Below are positions 56,381 through 64,000 of a DNA stretch of 64,000 bases, piece after piece. The stretch spans positions 23,327-87,326 of the forward strand of contig CAYFUW010000001.1 in the NCBI GenBank assembly GCA_964346495.1, read 5' to 3'. The DNA comes from an uncultured Dysgonomonadaceae bacterium. Its GTDB lineage: Bacteria > Bacteroidota > Bacteroidia > Bacteroidales > Dysgonomonadaceae. The notes beneath the pieces were generated by a model. That model saw only the letters and a list, made by a program, of their open reading frames with translations. It had not been told where the DNA came from and ran no database searches. Position 1 is the stretch's first letter. Each line of letters begins with the position of its first letter. Made by a program: the position numbers and the translations under genes.

Positions 56381-57160
56381 TTATCCCGCTACATTAGTTT
56401 TTATTCCCAATGCCTCTACCCTATCAGCTATTTTTCGCAACTCTTCTATTGGCGCTTTTTCGAGCTTTTTGGCGGGTGTTTCCCGGTCGATGGTGTAAAT
56501 CATTACTTCCCGCGGATTAAGCTCTCTAACGAGCTCTAACCATGCTGAAACTTCTTTTTCGGTTGTGTTATCTACCGGCTCTCCTTCAAATTCACCTCGC
56601 AAAAACATTGTTTGCAAAATAAAGTTGCCTTCAAACTGCTTGTAAAGCTCTACTTGTTTGGCGATTGAATAGTCCTTTGAGTTTGGGCGGTCAATTAATT
56701 TTGCAGTTTCGTCAAAAGCAGAGTCGAGTTTCAATATTGGATTTTCAACTTTTTTCAAAGCTTCAAAAATTTCGGGTTTCCCTACATTTATACCGTTTGT
56801 GAGTACGCTGATTTTTGCATCGGGTGTAAACTGATTTCTCAAAACGATTGTGTCGTCTATAATATTCGTAAACTCTGGGTGTAATGTTGGTTCGCCATTT
56901 CCGGCAAAAGTTATAACATCTATTTTTGTTCCCTCTTTTTGAAGTGTTTGCAACTTATCTTTCAGAGCCGCTTTTACATTTTCTCTATCGGGAAGTTTTG
57001 TACGTGTGCGAAAATCTTTGTTAAAACCGCATTCGCAATATATGCAATCGAATGAACATAACTTACCGTCGTATGGCAATAGATTCATCCCTAATGATGA
57101 GCCCAATCTTCTGCTGTGAATGGGACCAAAAACTATTTCATGAAAAAGAATTGTTGACAT
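56381..57160 (-). CDS. Radical SAM protein
   Basis: The CxxxCxxC motif is CSFDCIYCECG near the N-terminus; 259 aa. Confidence 0.8.
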   Translation of the reverse strand: MSTILFHEIVFGPIHSRRLGSSLGMNLLPYDGKLCSFDCIYCECGFNKDFRTRTKLPDRENVKAALKDKLQTLQKEGTKIDVITFAGNGEPTLHPEFTNIIDDTIVLRNQFTPDAKISVLTNGINVGKPEIFEALKKVENPILKLDSAFDETAKLIDRPNSKDYSIAKQVELYKQFEGNFILQTMFLRGEFEGEPVDNTTEKEVSAWLELVRELNPREVMIYTIDRETPAKKLEKAPIEELRKIADRVEALGIKTNVAG

Positions 57161-57240
57161 CTATTTTATTTTTTGAAAATATGTTACAGGTAATATTTTA
57201 TCAACAGTTTTTACCTTGATTTGTTTATTATTTTTTATCC

Positions 57241-57304
57241 TAATCGAAAAAACACGCCTAAAATTCCGCTTATAATCGAAAAATTACGCCTAAATTTTCG
57301 ATTA
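57241..57304. repeat. Tandem 32 bp direct repeat (2 copies, 27/32 identical)
   Basis: The two units are TAATCGAAAAAACACGCCTAAAATTCCGCTTA and TAATCGAAAAATTACGCCTAAATTTTCGATTA. Confidence 0.8.
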
Positions 57305-57317
57305 GAGCCTTTTCTCA

Positions 57318-57770
57318 TTAAAAAACACTCAAAATTCCCTCCACTCCGAAACCAATTAACAGGTAACGTGAAAATTTTCCTGTTGTCATAGAAATCATTG
57401 TTATCGGAGCATTTGCACGAAGGAAGCCCAATGCGACTAAAATAACATCGCCAATGGCGGGCAGGAATCCGAAAAATCCCATTATTGCGCCTTTTCCTTT
57501 TAGCCAATGAATTGTTTTGTCGATTTTTTCGGGTTTTATCTTAAACCACTTTTCTAGCCACTCTGTTTTTCCCAAAAGTCCTATATAATAGCAAGTTGCA
57601 CCACCTGCCGCATTACCTATTGTGGCAAATATGATGCTTGTCCAAACGTCCATTCCCGCGGCAATTAGTGCAGCGAAAACAACTTCTGAACTAAACGGGA
57701 GTATTGTTGCTGCTAAAAACGATGCAAGCAATAATCCCCAATATCCATATTCTGCTAATCCGTCGAGCAT
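57318..57770 (-). CDS. YqaA/DedA-like small membrane protein
   Basis: 150 aa with 4 predicted helices and the motif LLLASFLAATILPFSSEVVF. Confidence 0.72.
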   Translation of the reverse strand: MLDGLAEYGYWGLLLASFLAATILPFSSEVVFAALIAAGMDVWTSIIFATIGNAAGGATCYYIGLLGKTEWLEKWFKIKPEKIDKTIHWLKGKGAIMGFFGFLPAIGDVILVALGFLRANAPITMISMTTGKFSRYLLIGFGVEGILSVF

Positions 57771-57773
57771 ATA

Positions 57774-57858
57774 CCCCTAAATCCCCTAAAGGGGACGTTT
57801 ATTTTTGTTTAATTAATTCATATTTTTGTTCTTCCTTGTTCTCCCCCTTCAGGGGGAG
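57774..57858. repeat. GC-rich hairpin elements in the polA-yqaA spacer
   Basis: CCCCTAAA occurs twice in tandem, forming the hairpin CCCC-TAAA-GGGG (57783-57794). A second hairpin CTCCCCC-TTCA-GGGGGAG lies at 57841-57858. Confidence 0.7.
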
Positions 57859-57869
57859 TTAGAGGAGGC

Positions 57870-60653
57870 TCAATGCGCTTCAAGCCAATTCTCCCCCACT
57901 CCAACGTCAGTTTTAAGTGGCACTCGCAATTTATAAGCATTTTCCATCTCTTCGGTGACGATTTTTGTCAATTTGTCGAGTTCGTTTACCGGAACATTGA
58001 AGTTGAGTTCGTCGTGAACTTGAAGTATCATTTTCGATTTTAATTTTTCAGAATTGATTCTGTCAAAAATACGAACCATTGCAATTTTAATTATATCTGC
58101 CGCACTTCCCTGAATTGGTGCGTTTATGGCGTTTCGTTCGGCATAACCGCGAACGATTGCATTTCTTGAATTGATGTCCGGCAAAAAGCGTTTGCGACCT
58201 GAAACCGTCTCTACATAGCCCTTTTCACGTGCAATTGCTATGCTTTCATCCATATAATTTTTTACTTGCGGGAAAGTTTCAAAGTATCCGTCGATTAGAT
58301 CTTTCGCTTCGCCACGTGGAACATTTAATCTTTCAGATAATCCGAAAACCGAAATACCGTAAATAATCCCGAAGTTGGCGGTTTTTGCTTTATTTCTCAT
58401 ATCGGACTTAACCTCTTCGATAGGAATTTTATAGATTTTGGCTGCCGTGGCGGCGTGAATATCTTGTCCTTGTGCAAATGCTTCGAGCATGTTTTTATCC
58501 TGGCTCAGATGCGCCATAATTCGAAGTTCAATTTGAGAATAGTCGGCAGAAACAAATGTGCAACCATCATCAGGAATAAAAACTTTTCGCATCTCTTTTC
58601 CTCGCTCATCGCGAATTGGAATATTCTGTAAATTTGGGTTTGTACTGCTCAATCTTCCCGTTGCTGCAACAGTTTGATTGAACGATGTGTGAATTTTACC
58701 CGATTTAGGATTTATAAGCAACGGAAACGCATCGATATATGTGCTTAATAACTTTTTCAATCCTCGTTGCTCAAGAATTTTATCGATAATCGGGTGATTT
58801 TTGCGCAGTTTCTGCAACTCCTCCTCGCTTGTGCTGTATTGTCCGGTTTTGGTTTTCTTAGGCTTATCTACAATACGCATTCTATCGAAAAGAATTTCTC
58901 CGACCTGTTTTGGCGAGTTTACATTAAAATCTATTCCCGCCATATCGATAATCTCTTTTTCGACCAGATTGAGTTCGTTTGTAAACTCTTTTGAAAGTTC
59001 GGCAAGTGCATCTAAATCAAGTCTTACGCCTGTCCACTCCATATCAGCCAAAACGTAAATAAGCGGAAGCTCGATATTGTAAAACAGGTCTGAAAGATTG
59101 TTCGTCTCGATCTCTTTCTCAAGGATATGTTTTAGCTTGAGTGTAATATCGGCATCTTCTGCGGCGTAGTCGCTAATGATTTCCAAAGGAACATCGCGCA
59201 TCGATTTCTGATTTTTTCCGCGTTTACCAATCAACTCTTCAATATGAATGGTTTTGTATTTCAGATAAGTCTCTGCCATATAATCCATTCCGTGACGAAG
59301 TTCGGGATTGAGCAAATAGTGCGCGATCATTGTATCGAAAAGCTTTCCCTTGACTTCGATATTATAATTTCTGAGTGAAAGTATGTCGTATTTCAGGTTT
59401 TGACCAACCTTTTCGATATTCTCATTTTCGAAAAACGAACGGAAAATATCAACCTGCTTTTGAGCCTCTTCCCTGTTCGCAGAAATGGGAACATAAAATG
59501 CCTCACCCTCTTTGTAAGCAAAAGATAGACCGACCAATTCACTTAAAATTGGGTCAACATCGGTAGTCTCAGTATCGAAACATATTGATTCTTGAGAGCA
59601 TAACTTTTTATTTAGTTCCCGCATTTTTTCTTCGGTTTCAACGGTTATGTAGGTATGTGGTGTGGAATTAATATCGGTAAAATCTGTAGGTAAATCATTT
59701 GAAACCTCTTCCACATTGGTACTTTCGTCCATCATTGCGAACAGATCACCTTGTACAGGAACACTTGGTTTTGGTGTTTCAATCTTCAGTACTCTGTTGA
59801 TAAGAGTTCGAAACTCCAACTCTTCAAAAATTGCTCTTAAAGCGGCTTCATCCATTGGCTTACGTTCGAAATCCTCTTCTTTTGCCGTAACAGGGACATC
59901 GGTTTTTATCGTTGCCAGGAATTTCGACATCTTTATCTGTTCTACATTTTCTTCAACTCTCTTTTTTAGTGCACCTTTTAGTTGATGTGTATTTTGCAAC
60001 AGATTTTCAATGCTTCCAAATTCGTCTAATAGTTTTGCGGCGGTCTTCTCTCCCACTCCCGGACATCCCGGAATATTATCTGATGAATCTCCCATCAAAC
60101 CTAGCAAATCAATCATTTGTAACGGATTTGTCAGACCATATTTTTCCATAACTTTTTTATCGTCCAAAATATCGAAATCGTTACTGCCATATTTTGGTTT
60201 ATAGATAAAAATATGTGGTTCTACAAGCTGCCCGTAATCTTTATCGGGAGTCATCATATATACATCGAAACGTTCTTTATCCGCACGTTTTGCAATAGTT
60301 CCGATTACGTCATCAGCTTCATATCCCATTACCTCCAAAACCGGAATATTGTATGCCTTTATAATATCTTTAATTATTGGAACAGAGAACTTTATATCTT
60401 CTGGTGTAGCTTCTCTTTGTGCTTTATACTCCTCGAATTCTGTATGGCGAAAAGTCGGTCCGGGTGGATCGAATGCAACAGCTATATGAGATGGGTCTTC
60501 TTTGCGAAGTACCTCTTCTAAAGTATTTACAAAACCGAAAATAGCAGATGTGTTTTGTCCCTTCGAATTTACACGTGGATTTCTGATAAAAGCATAATAA
60601 GACCTGTAAATCAGCGCATAAGCATCTAATAAGAACAATTTATTTTTTTCCAT
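57870..60653 (-). CDS. polA: DNA polymerase I
   Basis: 927 aa. It has a 5' nuclease domain (LLDAYALIYRSYYA), a 3'-5' exonuclease domain (FDTETT) and polymerase motifs (DYSQIELR, QVHDEL). Confidence 0.97.
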   Translation of the reverse strand: MEKNKLFLLDAYALIYRSYYAFIRNPRVNSKGQNTSAIFGFVNTLEEVLRKEDPSHIAVAFDPPGPTFRHTEFEEYKAQREATPEDIKFSVPIIKDIIKAYNIPVLEVMGYEADDVIGTIAKRADKERFDVYMMTPDKDYGQLVEPHIFIYKPKYGSNDFDILDDKKVMEKYGLTNPLQMIDLLGLMGDSSDNIPGCPGVGEKTAAKLLDEFGSIENLLQNTHQLKGALKKRVEENVEQIKMSKFLATIKTDVPVTAKEEDFERKPMDEAALRAIFEELEFRTLINRVLKIETPKPSVPVQGDLFAMMDESTNVEEVSNDLPTDFTDINSTPHTYITVETEEKMRELNKKLCSQESICFDTETTDVDPILSELVGLSFAYKEGEAFYVPISANREEAQKQVDIFRSFFENENIEKVGQNLKYDILSLRNYNIEVKGKLFDTMIAHYLLNPELRHGMDYMAETYLKYKTIHIEELIGKRGKNQKSMRDVPLEIISDYAAEDADITLKLKHILEKEIETNNLSDLFYNIELPLIYVLADMEWTGVRLDLDALAELSKEFTNELNLVEKEIIDMAGIDFNVNSPKQVGEILFDRMRIVDKPKKTKTGQYSTSEEELQKLRKNHPIIDKILEQRGLKKLLSTYIDAFPLLINPKSGKIHTSFNQTVAATGRLSSTNPNLQNIPIRDERGKEMRKVFIPDDGCTFVSADYSQIELRIMAHLSQDKNMLEAFAQGQDIHAATAAKIYKIPIEEVKSDMRNKAKTANFGIIYGISVFGLSERLNVPRGEAKDLIDGYFETFPQVKNYMDESIAIAREKGYVETVSGRKRFLPDINSRNAIVRGYAERNAINAPIQGSAADIIKIAMVRIFDRINSEKLKSKMILQVHDELNFNVPVNELDKLTKIVTEEMENAYKLRVPLKTDVGVGENWLEAH

Positions 60654-60720
60654 TTAAGTAAAATTTTCATTTAAAAATGTAAAGTTACAAATATTTGATG
60701 GGTTTAATACGAATTATTTT

Positions 60721-60728
60721 TAAATTTG
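60721..60728 (+). promoter_or_regulatory. -7 box upstream of ispB
   Basis: TAAATTTG lies 24 nt upstream of the ATG. A TTTG at 60694-60697 could serve as the -33 element. Confidence 0.45.
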
Positions 60729-60751
60729 TACCTTTAATCGTTAAGTAAGTA

Positions 60752-61732
60752 ATGAGCGAAAGATATATTCTAGATATTAAGAAATCGCTTCAGAAAGAGT
60801 TTGAGCAGTTTGATGTTTATATCAATCAAGCCTTGAAGAATGACAATAGACGTATTGCCGATATTATTGAACATTCTTTCAAAAAAGATGGTAAACGAAT
60901 CAGACCTATGTTGGTTTTTTTGGTAGCAAAAGCATGTGGCAATGTTACTAAAAGTACTTATCATGGGGCTGTTACGGTAGAGTTGCTACATACGGCAACA
61001 CTTATTCATGATGATGTTGTTGATGAGTCGTTTACTCGTCGCGGACAACCATCTGCAAATGCTGTTTTCGATAATAAACGTTCTGTTTTGGCTGGTGATT
61101 ATATTCTTTCGTCTGCATTACGTCAAAGTGTTGAAACCTCTAATCTCGAGGTAATAGCCATTATTTCACAGTTAGGGCAAAAATTAGCAGAAGGTGAATT
61201 AAATCAATACTCTCTTGTAAATGAGATAATTATTGATGAAGATGAGTATTTCAAAGTTATTGAATTGAAAACTGCTTCATTATTGGAAGCGTGCGCCAGA
61301 ATTGGAGCAATAACTTCCGGTGCCGACACCAAAACTGTTGATAATTTCGGAAAAATTGGCAATATTTTAGGTGTTGCTTTCCAAATTCGTGATGATATAT
61401 TTGATTACTTTAATAACGATGTAGGTAAACCTACCGGCAACGATATTCGTGAAGGTAAAATTACGCTTCCGCTTATCTATGCACTTAATAATGCTCCTGC
61501 AAGAGACTCCGAAAAGATGAAGAAGATTATTAATGCAGGAGATTTTACTACCGAAAATATCAATAAACTAATTGATTTTGCTAAACAACATGGTGGTATA
61601 GAGTATGCTCAAAAAACTAATGAGAGATTACTCAACGAAGCAGAGCAATTGCTCAACCAGATAGTAGTAGGCAAAGAGTATAAAGAGATTTTTAGTTTGT
61701 TGATAATTTATCTGAAAAACAGGTCTTTTTAG
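60752..61732 (+). CDS. ispB: Polyprenyl (octaprenyl-type) diphosphate synthase
   Basis: The FARM motif is LIHDDVVDES and the SARM motif is FQIRDDIFD. Confidence 0.88.
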   Translation: MSERYILDIKKSLQKEFEQFDVYINQALKNDNRRIADIIEHSFKKDGKRIRPMLVFLVAKACGNVTKSTYHGAVTVELLHTATLIHDDVVDESFTRRGQPSANAVFDNKRSVLAGDYILSSALRQSVETSNLEVIAIISQLGQKLAEGELNQYSLVNEIIIDEDEYFKVIELKTASLLEACARIGAITSGADTKTVDNFGKIGNILGVAFQIRDDIFDYFNNDVGKPTGNDIREGKITLPLIYALNNAPARDSEKMKKIINAGDFTTENINKLIDFAKQHGGIEYAQKTNERLLNEAEQLLNQIVVGKEYKEIFSLLIIYLKNRSF

Positions 61733-62051
61733 AGACTTTTGTTTTTGCTTCTATATTTCCCCAAATAGTAATTATGTAGAATAATTCCCCAAAAGTTAAT
61801 TTTGAGGAATTAATATATGGGAACTTAACTAGTTTCTCCATATTTTTGAAGTGCATTCTTTATTTTTAATAAATAGAGATTACGCGCATTGATTTTTTAT
61901 TTTAATCCAACCAAAATTAAACTATGTTTTTGTCTTTTTCGTAGTGATTACGCGAATTCAAAAGCATAGTTTTTCTTATATATAGTTCTTGTTGAATAAA
62001 TCCAACAAGAACTATATAAGTAAATTAGCAAAATTAGATTAACATCATAGG

Positions 62052-63797
62052 TTAATTCCAGCCTGGATTTTGAGTTAAGTTTCCGTTTAGGACGATGTCT
62101 GCATTTGAGATAGGATAGAAATATTTCTTATCATCAAATACACGATTTTCATCATCTCGCCAGGTAACATGTCCTTTATCTCCTTCTGTTAATCTGGAAG
62201 AAACTCCGTTTATGATGTAATAGATAACTCCCGGTACCATTTCGGTAGGTGCTTTTTTAACGAAAGCCACATCAGGAGTTCCGTTTCCATCCAAGTCCAT
62301 AGGAAGATCCATTGCAGGTACATAAATTCCTTTCCATGACATTTCGAGCAGATGTCCTTTTCTCCATCTTTTCAAGTCGTCAAATCTTAATCCTTCATAA
62401 CATAGTTCTATACCTCTTTCTCTTCTGATTTCCATAAGATATTTATCTGAGATTTCGGGGAAATATACTTCTTGCAGATACGGGTCAACATCTGTTGGAA
62501 TAGCTGGATTAACACCTGCACGTGTGCGAAGTACACCAATAGTTTTATCCCATACACTTTCATCAAATTTTCCCAATTCAGCCATAGCTTCTGCGTAGTT
62601 TAGTAAAACTTCGGCATATCGTAATAGTGTTATTGAATTGTACGACTCTCCTACTCCATCCAATCTTTTATCATCTAAGCTGAATTTTAGGATATGATAT
62701 CCTGTGAATGTATACCCGAAGTTGGGTGGTGCTGCACTTCCGTCACTTCTTTTGTAACCCAATGACCTGATAGTTTGTGCTAAACGCGGGTCTCTATCTT
62801 GCATCTCATTTACAAATAGTATTTCGTCATAATTAGGTTTGTCTGTAAAGCGTGAACCATCGGTCATTAAGTAGGTGTTAACGAACTGCTTGTTCAATCC
62901 CCAGCGAATACCATAAGTAGCACTATTAAATTTCCATGTAATATTATGCCATCTTCTGAGCGCATTGTTATATACCACAGCCAACATTATCTCTTCTGAT
63001 ACAGGATTTTCGCTAATGAATAATGTTCTATAGTCTGACTCAGGTTGTCCTGTTGAATAGATTGTATATTTATTCGATTGCATTACTTTTTCAGCCGCGT
63101 CAGCAGCAGCTTCCAGGAATTTGTTGGCAGTATCTTGAAGTCCCAGATTGGTATGATATTTTCTGAATGTTCCTTCGAATAAGCAGATTCTGGATTTCAA
63201 AGCAAGTGCAACTTGTCTTGTCATTGTAGAAGATGTTTTGTCTTTCGTGTCTCTAATATGTTCTGCTGCAAAATTTAAATCAGCCAAAACAGAGTCCATT
63301 ACTAATGTACGTGGATCACGTGGCTTATACAAATCTTCATCGTCAGGGTTTAGTGCTTTTGAATACCAGGGAACATCTCCATATCTAACCACTTTTTCGT
63401 AATAAAATTGAGCACGAAATGCTCTTGCAATGCCAATATAGTGATTCTTAATGTCTGAATCTATACCCTCGGCTGCCTGAGCTTTTTCAATAAAATAATT
63501 TATATTTCTTAAATTAGTCCAATTCCAAGATGGCTCATTTACAGAGCTATATGAACCTGCTATAAATGCCGGAGAATTACTTTTTGATGTATATTCGCCC
63601 ATTTCATCACTTGTCACAACATTTAATCCATTCGGAATCATTCTTTGATAGAAAGAGTTTGTGTACAGTTGCAAATCTTTTTCTGTTTTAAAAAATGTGC
63701 CGGGTGTAAGTTGATCAAAAGGTTCTTTATCCAGAAAGTCGCTACAAGCTCCTAATCCAAGGATTAAAATAAATATTATTCTATATATATGTTTCAT
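62052..63797 (-). CDS. susD: RagB/SusD family nutrient-binding outer membrane lipoprotein
   Basis: It has a lipobox (LGLGACSD) and a TPR-like SusD core (LLRYAEVLLNYAEA, RRERGIELCYEGLRFDDLKRW). Confidence 0.9.
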   Translation of the reverse strand: MKHIYRIIFILILGLGACSDFLDKEPFDQLTPGTFFKTEKDLQLYTNSFYQRMIPNGLNVVTSDEMGEYTSKSNSPAFIAGSYSSVNEPSWNWTNLRNINYFIEKAQAAEGIDSDIKNHYIGIARAFRAQFYYEKVVRYGDVPWYSKALNPDDEDLYKPRDPRTLVMDSVLADLNFAAEHIRDTKDKTSSTMTRQVALALKSRICLFEGTFRKYHTNLGLQDTANKFLEAAADAAEKVMQSNKYTIYSTGQPESDYRTLFISENPVSEEIMLAVVYNNALRRWHNITWKFNSATYGIRWGLNKQFVNTYLMTDGSRFTDKPNYDEILFVNEMQDRDPRLAQTIRSLGYKRSDGSAAPPNFGYTFTGYHILKFSLDDKRLDGVGESYNSITLLRYAEVLLNYAEAMAELGKFDESVWDKTIGVLRTRAGVNPAIPTDVDPYLQEVYFPEISDKYLMEIRRERGIELCYEGLRFDDLKRWRKGHLLEMSWKGIYVPAMDLPMDLDGNGTPDVAFVKKAPTEMVPGVIYYIINGVSSRLTEGDKGHVTWRDDENRVFDDKKYFYPISNADIVLNGNLTQNPGWN

Positions 63798-63809
63798 TGT
63801 TTCAAGGGT

Positions 63810-64000
63810 TTAAAAAGTTAAGTTTATTCCTATTGTATATGATTTCAACATTGGATATGCATATCCTTGACCTTGTCCGTTAGTAAGTTCTCCTTTCGGG
63901 TTTTCTATGATTTCGGGGTCAAAGTTTTCGGCATGTTTAAACAAGTTGGAGAAAGTAAGTAAATTATTTCCTGTTAAAAATATTCTTGCATTTTCGATAT
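63810..64000 (-). CDS. susC: SusC/RagA TonB-linked outer membrane protein, C-terminal end only (gene continues beyond the window)
   Basis: My own translation of the minus strand gives ...NLFKHAENFDPEIIENPKGELTNGQGQGYAYPMLKSYTIGINLTF-stop. This is a typical SusC terminal beta-strand ending in F, 12 nt upstream of susD. Confidence 0.8.
   Translation of the reverse strand, partial: IENARIFLTGNNLLTFSNLFKHAENFDPEIIENPKGELTNGQGQGYAYPMLKSYTIGINLTF

Noticed and set aside
57235-57507. 90 aa minus-strand ORF overlapping the yqaA-like gene
   Set aside because: It is out of frame with the supported membrane-protein gene, and its 3' part is the translated 32 bp tandem repeat.
1-64000. tRNA, rRNA, tmRNA, RNase P or SRP RNA genes
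   Set aside because: I scanned the spacers by eye for T-loop (GGTTCGAATCC-like) and other hallmark strings and found none. Without a covariance-model search, small ncRNAs cannot be excluded, and the candidates are listed in findings.

Overview
This is a Bacteroidota chromosomal segment of about 37% GC. The assignment rests on PorU/PorV type IX secretion genes, T9SS C-terminal sorting domains, a SusC/SusD pair and TAnnTTTG -7 promoter boxes. The coding content is almost entirely housekeeping: dnaE, trxA, ispF, rex, obg, adk, glmM, an aspartate kinase, maf, pth, rplY, aroB, nadA, ychF, rpe, comEC, nrnA, valS, polA and ispB. The accessory content is limited to T9SS cargo genes: a large beta-helix/DUF4465 protein split by one in-frame TAG, and a tandem pair of choice-of-anchor-J-like paralogs. 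I recognised no rRNA, tRNA, CRISPR array, prophage, IS transposase or defense island. The unusual signals are all non-coding. (1) Nearly every spacer longer than 100 bp is a mosaic of the same short hairpin modules and degenerate heptanucleotide tandem repeats. (2) A 295 bp MITE-like element with 13 bp terminal inverted repeats and a 9 bp target duplication lies between two convergent genes. (3) A 575 bp spacer that looks by eye to be about 80% AT carries three copies of a DnaA-box-like 10-mer at a point of gene-strand divergence, making it a candidate oriC. (4) A GC palindrome occurs both inside an insertion in valS and in the polA-yqaA spacer. All functional calls come from reading the translated ORFs and motifs. 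No database search was run.
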